A stretch of DNA of 64,000 nt from Lingula anatina (Eukaryota > Animalia > Brachiopoda): contig CM120643.1 of NCBI GenBank assembly GCA_051362555.1, positions 15,660,644 to 15,724,643 on the forward strand, read 5' to 3'. Position numbers and translations under genes: made by a program. Under the pieces are notes generated by a model. It ran no database searches and was not told the DNA's origin. It worked only from the letters and a program-made list of their open reading frames with translations. This document shows positions 1-11,838 of this stretch, one piece after another. Numbering within the stretch: position 1 is the stretch's first letter; each line of letters opens with the position of its first letter.

Positions 1-169
1 CATGTATCTATATCTTGTGATACACGTAATATAGAACCATATTGAAACTTGTATTATATATCTGTACCTGGTGATAACCTCACTATACATACTTCATAAT
101 AACATCTTTATATTCACACGTCATTGTAATTTCTGTCTCTACCAAGCAATGACAGCTATATCTGTGCCT

Positions 170-560
170 TAAAATGATATCACTATATCCGTACTTTGTA
201 ATCAGATCCTTTTATCCATACTTCGTAATGATATCCCTATGTTCATACTGTGTAATGATATCCCTATATCTATACAATATGATGATATCCTGATATCCAT
301 ACTTTTTAATGATATCTCTATATCCATTCTTTACTATGATACCCCTATATCCATCCTTTGTTAAGATATCCCAATATTCATATCTCATAATGATAATACC
401 TATATCCATTCCTTGTGATGATATGCCTATATCCATACGTATTGAAGATATCCCTATATTCATACCTTATAATGCTATCCCTTTATCCATAATTTGTAAT
501 GCCATCCCTATATCCATGGCCAGTGAAGATATTCATGCCATGTAAATACATTTGTACTTT
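170..560. repeat. Degenerate 27-bp minisatellite (consensus about TAATGATATCCCTATATCCATACTTNN)
   Basis: Consecutive 27-nt units from 227 (TAATGATATCCCTATGTTCATACTGTG, TAATGATATCCCTATATCTATACAATA, TGATGATATCCTGATATCCATACTTTT...). More decayed copies extend toward 1 and about 850. Confidence 0.85.
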
Positions 561-859
561 ATAATAATTTCTATTCCTGTGCTTTGATAATTTTGGCAAA
601 GATCACTTTATCCATATCTAAGATAACCTCTATATCCATGCCTTCAGATATCCACATGCCCTTGCAGTCACAAAAGGTGGAGAACTGTGTTCATATCTCA
701 AAAACAATTCTTTCTCCTTGGTTTTATGAAAATGTCATACCTTGAGATAATCTCTTAAACCATGCCTCAGAATAATGATTTTAATTTTTTATACCTTAAA
801 ATAATTTCTTTTCCCGTACATCGGAGTAGTATATGTTTCCATATTTAACTCTATACCTT

Positions 860-1495
860 AGGATGTAGTACAGCAATCTGAATAATGTATATGCAGGATG
901 CAGGTAAGTGTTAACCAGTATTGCAAGTTGAACTTTGCAAGTGATTTTATGTTGTTGTATGCTCGATATTAAGTCAAAAGTTAGAATTAGTATTTAAATG
1001 GCAAATGTTTGTTTGCAAAGGGATTGCATGTTTTTGTTTTGTTCTTTTTTTTATAAAGCATAGTTTCTTGTAAGGATACATTTGATAAATTGTTCAATGG
1101 TGATGAACATGTATTTTTACATTTTCATTGTTGTAGCCATTTTAGTTATTTAATGTTATTAATTTTAATTCTCATTTTTTACCATTAATATTTAGTCTCT
1201 AAAGACTCTGTATTGAGCTGTCATGTATTTCATCAAGTTTTTACGTTAAGTATATTATTTTTTGTGACTGTGTAATATAACTTTTTATATCTTGGATGAT
1301 GGATTTTAAATATTCACATGAAGTTGAACCTTTTTTTATTTTGTTGTGGAATTTATGTTATATGGCAGCATTGAGTGCTGAATGTTTTCAATTAGATGCT
1401 ATCGTTGGTTGAATTGTTATTTTATAATAAATAAACATTTTAATTAATGAAATCAATATTTTAAAAGAATTTGAAGTTTGTGTTTATGTACACGT
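860..1495 (+). other. Probable 3' UTR and poly(A) site of an unidentified convergent plus-strand gene
   Basis: T/TG-rich and CpG-poor; AATAAATAAA at about 1427-1436 followed by a GT-rich tract (GTTTGTGTTTATGT at about 1476). Confidence 0.45.
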
Positions 1496-3193
1496 ATGTT
1501 ACGGAGCGTTGACAGTAGTTAGGGGCACTGTATTGAATAGATAATATAGGAGACAGCACATAGGATTTTCGTTGTCATAATTTTTCTGATTTCTTTCCTT
1601 ATAGCTTGTGCCTATGTCCCAAAGACATTTTTTCAAATAATGGTGTAGTTTTGTTGCCTGTTATGTTAGAAATTATGCAGAATGAATGTGCAAAGAATGC
1701 GGATGGCAGTTCTCTCGGCTAAACCCAATGAAAATAAAAGCCGCCTTAAGAATACAGTAAAGGAATACTTGTTGAGTTGGTGACTTCAAAGAGCTATAGG
1801 CAGCAAGTTACATGAATTGAACAAGAACTTGCGTTTATTGTATTTTTGTATCCTACACACCATTAATTTAAAGCTACACATTTGAAGAGAAAAGTGATCG
1901 GGAAATGAAGTTTCAATTGTCATGACAGTATCTATAACGAAAATAAAAAAGCACATATAAAATGTAAGTAGCGCATAGTTTGATTCTCACCACAAAAATG
2001 TTTTTCTCAGTTTTGTAACAACAATCGTGCTAGTCTGTTTGTTATACACAGGCCATCGTGTTTAGATTTTTTTCTCCTCATCTTCAACTTTTTCAATTAA
2101 AGGCGGCAAGGTTAACCCCTTAAGAGTCTCCAATTTTCTCTCATTAACTTTACCCCTCCTCGTCATATTGAAGTTCTCCGTTCACAGTGTGTGGGGGGAC
2201 CCGGGCTTGCAAGGTATTCAGACCCGCAGTCAATGCTAGCACAGGGGGATAGAATTACGTATTTGTATCTGGTTCTCGCGGCGTCACAGATACAAGAATC
2301 CACTTTGCCTGCACACTGACGGTGGGACTATATACTTAACACAAGTAACATAAAAGCTAATGTGTGTTCACAATGTCGTCGTCATTGTGTACTTTGATTA
2401 ATTGGTACAGGGCAGATAAGATTCGGGGGTTATTTGGGCCCCAGATTGGTTTACCTATCTTTCTATGGTCCTTCTTTTATGAAGACCGGGGAATAAAAAA
2501 GTCCGTTCTTTATCTGTGTTTAAAACGACGGGTTGTGTTTCGCCTATATAGGTCCATTATGGGGTCTTGTATTACACTGATTTAACATTGTTGACATTGA
2601 CTTTTTATAGCTGTTTTGAGATTTTTCTAATTTTTCTTCAAAGTCTGTCTTTCAAGGCTCAATGCGTCGATCGGGCTGGTAATTGTAAATCTTGGTCAAA
2701 ATATAGACTGAATTTTCTACCCTGACATTTTTTGTGTCAGGATAATCGACTCATACTGGTTCGTAAATTCGTTTAAAGAATTGAACAGCAGTGTTTTTTC
2801 TGTATGTTTTTTTGCGAATTATCTCAATTTTATTACCAAGCCTGATTTTACTGCCTTCTTAAATCAAGAATCTGACTCCTGTAGATTTCTATAGAATAGG
2901 CCAATTTTTATGACTCTTTTTTTTTTTTTTTTGTTATGTACTGCCTAGGCGTGTAAATAGTATTAACATGTCGTGGGTTTTTTCTTGTTACAAAATCACA
3001 TCTTGATCGTCTTGTTACATGGAAAAATGTCTGAAACTGTCATTTAATTTGAGAAAAATATTTGCAACATTCACGTGTAACAACGTGACGTCACGCACAG
3101 ATGCTACGTCATCTAGGTATGATGCTGACATTTACACTGGTACCGAGAGTTTGCTCGTGACGTCACTCACCCCCCCCCCCCCCAATTATACCA

Positions 3194-3476
3194 GCGACCG
3201 GTTTCAGAAAATAACCTTAACCAGATTAGACTAAATTTTAAGACAAAAATTGTGTTTTACTGTAAACCATGCCACTTCACTTAAATGAAGCAAATATCAG
3301 TGATTTTTTTTAAACCACGCCTTTCTTCGTATAAAACGAGCGCAATAACTTAATGGACTATAACTGATTTATCTAAGTCAAAATAAATGGACATTTTTGT
3401 CTAAAAATTTAGATTAATTTTCTAAGGCTTAAGACCCTTGAACAAAATGTTTGGCTTTAGTGGCTGAAAAGTCCCC
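3194..3476. mobile_element. MITE-like inverted-repeat element, copy 1
   Basis: Internal inverted repeat CTAAATTTTAAGACAAAAAT (about 3231) versus ATTTTTGTCTAAAAATTTAG (about 3393). Its reverse complement resembles 11260-11325. Termini resemble CCGGTTTCAGAAAA. Confidence 0.55.
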
Positions 3477-6400
3477 ACCATGGGGGATAATGTGCTGCCT
3501 CTGTTTTCTAACAATTTCTCTAATAAGACCTTCAATAAGGAAAAAAACGTAAAAGTGCCATAAAGTCATGGACCTAACATATTCGGTCATACCGATTCTC
3601 ATTAAAGACTGAGGAAGCTGAAATATAATGAACAAAAAGCAGAAGAAAACCTTCCATTCGCTCGGAAGTAGCCATTAGTGACGTCAGCACGATTAAAAAA
3701 GTTTAAAGATGCCTCTCCAGTGACAGACATCTTGAAAGAATATTAGTTAGAGTGATTTTTAGGACTGATTCAAACCTGGTACATAAAAGTGCATGCGGGT
3801 TAAATTGTAAAATTGCTCCGTTTTTTATTATTTCAGAGCTTAGTACTCTTGAGGAATTAATTTGTACTTTAATACATGTCACTTTAGTCATGGGATTGTT
3901 CACGCCTCTATGTACAGTGATGAGAATTGTGAATTCATAATTGCAGACGCAGTTTATCAGTAGACCAGTTTGAAAATATCTCAAAATATCCACTTTCGTT
4001 GTCGAATGCTAAGCTTAGTTTCCAAACTCATGTCACATCATTTTATCAAAATAAAATAGATATATTTTTCAAAACAATTAAATGCATGTACGTAAACCTC
4101 CAAGTAAAGGCGGAGGTAGCCCTAAAACACTTACGGTATATTTCTGCATTCGAAACTGGATAAGTTGATACTAGCTGTAGGTTAATACTAGCAACTTTTC
4201 AAAAATCCACAAAGAACACATTACGTTTTTTTTCGCGCAAATTCTCGTATTTATCTTCCTGTACCTAACGCGAGAAGGACCGAGAACGGCGAAGGTTGAC
4301 AAAATGACAAACTTGTTGCCTGTCCACCCTCTCGCATCGCCTCTTTGAGATAAGCGATCAGGAGATCGTCTCTTGATAACAGAGGGCCAATGTGGGAAAG
4401 GTCGCGACATCGAGACCTTATCTTTATTAGTTTTATTACCTGACGATTGTTCTTGGGAACGATAAGCAAGATCGAGTGTCCCATCTTCTTATTATCGTAC
4501 AAAAACACGCAGATGGCCTTTGAAGTTGGGACGCGTGGCCAGATTTTAAATCAATTAAAATGTTTAGATAGACCTGCGCTTGTTATTGTCTTTCTGTAAG
4601 CACTGTTGACATCTGAGATTGATTTAAAAGTGACATAATGTAAATAATAATGAAAATCCATGTGATGAATAATTTGCAACAGGGATTTTTAAACGTAATA
4701 CTTTATTTAAAAACTCAATATTTTCGTTTTTGTTTAAGATAAAATGTAAATCTTTTTGGAGTGAAAAGTTTTTTTCAAACATGGTTGTCATTTTGTGCCT
4801 TACTTGTACGTTTATCAATAGCTACACTGTACATTTGTGGATCCTCGGGTTTTGCTCTCTCTCTCTTTCCCTCTCTCCCTCTTTGGGCGCTTGGTACTGA
4901 AATCAATTCAAATGTTTTGAAGGTATATTATTACATATTCTAATCTTGCTTTTTAATATTGAGTAGAGCAGTTCAATCAATCTTCATTAAATATTCGAGC
5001 GGTCTTAAATTTGACGGTGATTTAAGAGTTCTAATAAAATATTTTCAAGTTCTCATTTGCAAAAGATGTTTCGTAAACCACTGTGTGAATCAATGTATAT
5101 CTCTAACGTGCAGCGAGGGGTGGATGGCCTAATGATTGTATTGTCTAGAGGCACTGGTCACCCAACTGTGTAATTTATTTAATCATTGCTACCACTGATA
5201 AACAACAATCGCCGAGCGTCCTAGAAATAGCGCCAATTACATAAACAACTACAAAGGGAAGAATTTTTATTGCTTTTTTATTCGCCATTCACGTGTAGAA
5301 GATCCACCTTTTAATGATGTCATTTTCATTTCTAACGACACGATATAAGAGAGAGATATTATGCTTGAAGTATGCAGTTGTTACAATGCACGCAAACTTG
5401 ATTGGTTCGGCAATATTTCAAACTTCCTAACAGCCAATAAATACACTGCAGTATTTCGTATAGGGAGGGGGGTTGCAAATCAGCTCTTTTGTGAGATTGA
5501 ATGTGTTCCCACTGCGTTAAAAGCTACCTGAAACCTAAATGACGATGGTCACCAAATATGACCACCATCTTTAGAGAAATTTGCAAATGGCGATATAGAT
5601 CTATTGTGCCCCTTTACATCACAAGCTGAGTTTATTAGTTATTTTATTATTTGGAATATTCCCGATTTCATGTTATTGGCGTCGTTCGTTATTCTTTATG
5701 TAACGTATATGTAATATAAGAAATACGAATTATAATAGAAATACTTCGCTTATTTCATGTAGTTTTCAACTTCACTTGAATAAAAAAAGTACGCAGTGCA
5801 GCCCACTTACAACGACTGTTTAGTAAAACATCTGATCGTGCGAGTTTTTTCCCTGCTTGTGGTTTATCTGTATCAACTGCTCGTGTGTTTTTGAATTGAA
5901 CATCACCGGTTCTTATGCTGCACATTCAATATCCTCGTTATACATCAAACGCTTGAATAAATGTTCCCCTGTACACACACACTGACGATGTCTCTTTTAA
6001 CCCATTGCTCTTTGTTACCTCTTTATTTCCGAATGTTATTTTTTTAAAACTTTTTAAGGCAAAAAGAAATTTCTACAGTTTAGCCCGCATTAGTAGTAGA
6101 GACATGCATCTGTCGTTGAAATAAAATAAATATTACGATCTGGAGTCCTTGGTGATTTTTACTATAAATGTGGGTCTTTGGTTATTTTTTCCTGTGTGAA
6201 TTCAAAATGCTGAAATCAGAATTTAAAGTTTGATGAACCAGGCACTAAGGAAAGATGGTTCTCTCCAAGTCTGGGGATGAGGGTTCGCTAGAATGTTTGA
6301 TTTTTATTTAGACTCTGCAGTGATAAAGTCAATTAACCGCTCATAATCTGTAGAAGAGAGCAAGTTAGAATGTATAAGTTACTAAGACTCAGAGAAGAAC

Positions 6401-8545
6401 CGATTGATATAAGTGAGATTCTCTGACCCTTTTTGTAGAAGAGGCCACGTTAAAACCACTGCTTTCCACAGGAGTCAAGCACGAGATCCACGTCGCCTTG
6501 CGTCCTCTGTCGCGTCTCTACGTGAGGTACTACTAGGATCTGATTAATTGCGGAACTAAGAGATATTGCCTGATATAAGGGTACAACTGTCTCGACTTAT
6601 AGTCGTCAGAGGCGTCTCCAAGAAGAACTTTCTCATCAGAGTGGTGCGGGCAGGCTTTGGTAAAAATTTAAAGTTGAAACGACCGTCTGAATTAGGTTAG
6701 AACCTAGTAACGGTCTCCTGTGTTTTGTAAACGTGAAGGGTCACTTTAATGACGGCTGATGGTCAGACGATGTAACACACAGGTAATTTGATTTTCCTTT
6801 CTGCATCATGCTTCATTGTGAAAATGATGAAGCCTAATACTGCCCAATGTCTTTAATTTATTTTGATAAATAAATCTTTAAAGATACATTTGATTCCACA
6901 CACTCTCCTAGCCTGTGTTTACTTGGGTCCCCCCCCTCCCCCCTCCCCACCATAAGCTCAAAAATGGACCAATACTTATAAACGATAATATTTTCTGTCT
7001 ATAATCTTATTCATATTGTCATTCAATAAATATACATATGTATCCTGAGCCCCTACCTGAATTCGTTTCACTTCACGGTTGCTCTTTGATCTCAATTTTA
7101 TTCTCTTCTTCAAGACTTCAATATTTCAAATTGTGTAACCCTGGTGTGACTTATCAAACGACAGATAAAAATTAAATCAATGGCCATAGCAACTTGAGGT
7201 GTCTGAAATGCTTAATGGTAAGAAATAAATTTTCATTTTCACGTTTTTTTAACATGTTTTGTTCACGATCACCGATCATAAAATTTAGTCAAATTTTCCG
7301 TTTTTCCCTTTATTGCATATTTGTAAACCACTTCCTCCATTAACATGCTGTCACAAACTTCAAAATTTATTCTGTCCAATTATTTGTCCTTTTTGTGTGT
7401 TCAGTAATGACTGGATATACATATTTTCAAATTCATATTTCGTCTTTTTTCTTCACTATCTCATCTCACCCCCTAAAAAAACCATAGGGTGCGGCCATAC
7501 TTGTTTGCCTTTCTTCACTTCAACTTCATATATTGAAATATAGCTGAAACCGGATTTATAACTTCTTCTCTCTCTTTTGCCCCCCCCCCCCCTCCCCCAC
7601 CCCCCAAAAGAAACGGTACTTTTTATCTTCAGTTCTTTTTGTTTCTAACACTTGCATTATATATTGCCGTCTCTAGTCTCACTTGTAATTTCCCTTCCTT
7701 ACTCTAACCCCAAATATATTTCGTGTATTTTATCTTCATTTAATATCCCTGGATGCCCTCCTGTCTTTGAGATCACATTCATGTTGGGGTAATTAAAGAA
7801 ATAACCATCTTATTAAAACTGAACACTAATCTATCATTAATCCGCTTGTTACGCGTGCTGAGAAAGGTGACAGTTCTAATAACTCGTAAACCTCTCTCTC
7901 CCGTCTCTCTTTGATCTTACCGCCACTACATGTCTTGCATGGAAATATCACATTTTAGAGCCCCGTAAATCAAAACGAAAATAGGTTATAAGAAGTTCAG
8001 AAATCATTTGAAATTATGATGGAGCGTGTAGGGACTGATATGCCCTATGTTTTTTTGCAAGTTAATAACGCGTACGTTTCAATCTAGATTAAATTAAAGA
8101 AGTCAGTATCCAAAGGGGAGATAGTATCTGATTTATTTCTTTGGAGCAGCTTAATATCTAGACCATTTCTTTTGAACTTTTTTCCAAAGGGTGCTAAGCG
8201 TGGATAATTGTTTTTCTTCCTTTGCCTTGAACTAGAAAGTGGAGGATATATGAAAATAAATTGCATTTAGCACCGGTTTCTTATTTGTAAACATTACTTA
8301 CTGATAGAATTTTAAAATAAACGCAGAACCGCTTCTCGAGTTTAAAACAATGTGTAGTTTTTCATCATCAAAATAATAGATGAAAATAAAATAGGTAAAT
8401 TAAAATTCATAGATTAATGGGTGAATTAATAAGTACTAAAAATTTCGGCGAAGAAAAATAGATATGAAGGGGAAACGACAACATCAACATTTGTCTAAGA
8501 TTGCAGAAGGCTTGCACCTCTCTTTCACGTGTAAACAGGAATCCA

Positions 8546-8707
8546 GGGCTGGTCACACAGGAGCACTTTAGCCCGAAAATTGGTCTTAACTTTTAAACCA
8601 AAGCGTGATCTACATCAGTTCTAAGAGGGTTGATTTTTTGTTGTTGTTGTTTAAGTTTGAAAGTGTAGACCAAATTCCAAGTTTAAGTTTTGTTGTGAAA
8701 GAGCTTC
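8546..8707. mobile_element. MITE-like element, short copy 2
   Basis: Shares TTTAGCCCGAAAATT with the 11225 copy. Right end AGACCAAATT...TTGTGAAAGAGC is an imperfect inverted copy of the left end. Confidence 0.55.
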
Positions 8708-11224
8708 GTATCTTTCTTCACATCCACTTCCAGGGAGTCAGTGGACCACCGGTTTGAGTGCAGCAGCTTTTTTCAAGACCACATGAATTTATACGATGCG
8801 TTGTGTAGTAAACTAAGCGTGGAGTGCCGCTGTCGTTCCGGCTGGTTGGAACATGGCCCTCCCTCATAGACTCCCCTTCCATGCTCCACTCTGGTCTACC
8901 CTCAGCGAAAGGGACAACTCGTGCTATTTGTCTTGTGTATGTAATTCTTTGTTTACTCTCAATTACTATATTCTTCAAGGCACTCTACATGCCTTCCAAG
9001 GCATTGTATGTTCTCATACATTTACTTTTACTAGGAACTCAGAATATAAAACATGCCTAAAGTTTACCCAGCAGAAAAGTTTAAGTAGTTGCAGAAGTAA
9101 AATTATCAATTGAAGAAAAAGAGACCGACCAGACAGGTTTTCTTTGCTTTAAATGGCCTCGGCGTAGGAGGTGGTCTACGCGTGTTTTATTTACCTCTGG
9201 ACATGTTTTTGATCTTTTTTTACAATTGCTGGCTATAAATCATTGCGACGTAGCGATACTATATGCACCATTGCTACGCGGCTTGCCAAAACACGATCTT
9301 AAAAAACACACACTGAGCATTTACCCAAGAAGCAGTGACTGAAACGCCGTTTCAGTTTTTAGACATTTCATCCTGGTTTTGAGTATACATGTAGTCTTAT
9401 CACCCAAATCACCAAGTGGTGAAGAGGGGGGGGGGCATTAATTTCGTCTTTCGAGTTGTTTCCTTTAAATTCGAATAACCCAACAAGATGGCACTCAAAA
9501 TTACTACGCGCTCCCCTCAGAAATTGAAAATTTCATAATTTTTTATGCTGTTATTTCTTTAAAGTTTAGGCATTGAAGTGATACATGAAGATATATAGAC
9601 GTAGTGATACTTTAACAAAGGGCATCTTGCGAAAGGGGGTGGGGTGATATTAAATTTTAGGTGGCATTCAGACCAGCAGTAACATTTCATTTGAACAGAA
9701 CGATAGCATTCATTCATCAAATATTACTGATGGAAGTCTGAATCACTTTTCAAGCCAATCCCACTGGCGACTGGCGCAGGTAAAGTCCATTGATGGAATT
9801 CTCGAAGAGAGGCTTCATCTTCGTCACTCTGCAAGACCTCACTGTAGCTACCCTTGGATTGCGATTAGCGATCTACAAGTTGTTTCCCGGGCGTTTTGCC
9901 GCATAAATCGCTTGGTCACCTGGGAAAGCTTGTAAATTGGAGATGTTTCCATGGAAAATTATGTTAAATTTGCTCTCGCTACATTTTCCGTAGTGGTGGT
10001 CCGTTGTAAATCTTGCCCTTTCACCATCGGCCATTTGTACGGTTGTCTATGTCCATAAATTATATCGGGCCGCAGCGTATTTTTCATTGCTCATAGGCTC
10101 TGTGCTACATGTGAACGAGAGGAAAAATAAAACAAGTGCTCCCTTTTTTCAGCGTGCAATGTAGCTGCTTTGGCTCCAAAGAAATACGAGTTAATTATTT
10201 ATGTCTCAAGTTCGATATCAACCGATTAAAGATAAATATTCATGCAAAGATTTGAGTGTTAATCCATATGCTATTTCACATGAATGAGTATCTGTCTTTT
10301 AATGGCATTACGTGAAAGAAAACACCACCCTTTGTATTGATTTACTATCTATCGTATAGTTCCGGTCCTCTCATTTAATCGTTTTAATGTTAACTAAAAT
10401 TACAATATTGTAATGAACATGTGAAATACCACGAAAATGAAACAGATTGCAAAAATTTTAATTAAAATTATTTTTTTCAAAATCGTACTGCTCTAGTACA
10501 AAGCAATATGCGAACGAAGTGCTATACATTATTTCTAATCGAAGTAAATGCAGTCTTAAAAAAAGGTCTTCTTTCATCCAAATGGCTTATCATAAAGTGA
10601 TCTTAACAAAGAAGATCCTGATCTAATCCATTCCATCGCACAGAAGACATCTTAACACTATAAAGTAACACTACAGACCTAGATGTTACTATTACTGAAT
10701 CAATTAGTAACAACAACGACACATTTAGATATTAAAATGATCGAGTTCTGCAATTTGAACCTGTGGCGTATTTTTTCGCGCACTTATTTACGTAACAACA
10801 CCACGTCGAATTGTTAAAGCTCTCCTACTATTGCTCTGTAAGTGATTGCAGTATAATGCCACAGAAAAGTGACTCATTATTTTTCTCTTTTTTTTGTCTT
10901 CGGCTCCTTAACAGTAAATCTGTCCGCACAAAGAAAGGAACCTTCGCACATGGCCGACGACGAAAGATTTATTAATTCATATTACTTTACAAGAGCGGGA
11001 TGGATTTCTTTTTGTCAATTTATTTTCCCGTTTAAGGCGGCGGATTGAAACGCGCAAGTGAAAAGGGCACTGAAAGAAGTTAACTGTGTGACCATCCGTG
11101 TAGAAACATTGACATGACGTTCAACAGCCAATGCTTAATAACGTTACCATTTTGTAAATTGGGTGCCAGGCTCCCCACGTAGAAACCTGGGGAAGACACA
11201 GCGTCTACTTTGACCTTGATGCTT

Positions 11225-11502
11225 GGGGCGGCATCACGAAATACTTTTTAGCCCGAAAATTAGTCAAAAAATTTTTAGACGAAAAATTGGTCCATTTTAG
11301 TTCAAGTTCAATTTATAGTATTGCACTCAAATAAAATGAGTATTAGCCTGATACATTAGCAATGTCATTCTCCTTATAAAGAGGGTCAACATTTTGCCTA
11401 ATTAGACTCCTAGTGTTTTGTCTTGGTTCAAATGTGATCAAAATTTGCTCTTAAATATTAAGAACAATTTTTGGGCTGGAATTATTTTGTGAAACAGGAC
11501 CC
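11225..11502. mobile_element. MITE-like element, copy 3
   Basis: Imperfect TIRs GGGGCGGCATCACGAAATACTTTTTAGCCCGAAAATT and AATTTTTGGGCTGGAATTATTTTGTGAAACAGGACCC. No ORF. Confidence 0.65.
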
Positions 11503-11792
11503 TCTTGCTTTCCCCAGGTCACATTCCGTCCCCTTTCACAGGACTCTTTTTTTTTTCTACTCACCTTCGTGTTGCAGAGGAGGTTGACAGGAGGGGATCT
11601 ATGAAAAATGGCGACACTAATATTGGGTTCTCAAGGCGAACAGGTCAGTTGTTTATCTTGTCTAATATGACAGAGTCCATCCGATACAAAGGGGGATTTG
11701 TGATTGGAGGTGGTAACTATCGTCTCCCCTACTGTCTACCCTGGGGCTTGCTCTAGACCTATTTTTCAGCTCACTTTCCCCTGTTTTGTCTG

Positions 11793-11794
<2 letters not shown>

Positions 11795-11836
<42 letters not shown>
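11795..11836. repeat. (GT)21 microsatellite
   Basis: Direct read. Confidence 0.97.

Positions 11837-11838
<2 letters not shown>

Noticed and set aside
212-545. ORFs 212..463 and 309..545 as genes
   Set aside because: By-products of the 27-bp periodicity; no recognisable domain.
170-560. CRISPR-like array
   Set aside because: Units are contiguous, degenerate 27-mers without unique spacers; no cas genes; eukaryotic context.
895-910. Perfect CAG|GTAAGT donor on the plus strand
   Set aside because: No convincing upstream coding exon or acceptor; isolated signal.
6439-6782. Possible plus-strand exon (TTTTTGTAG acceptor; donors at about 6527 and 6782)
   Set aside because: No recognisable protein or partner exons; such signals arise by chance.
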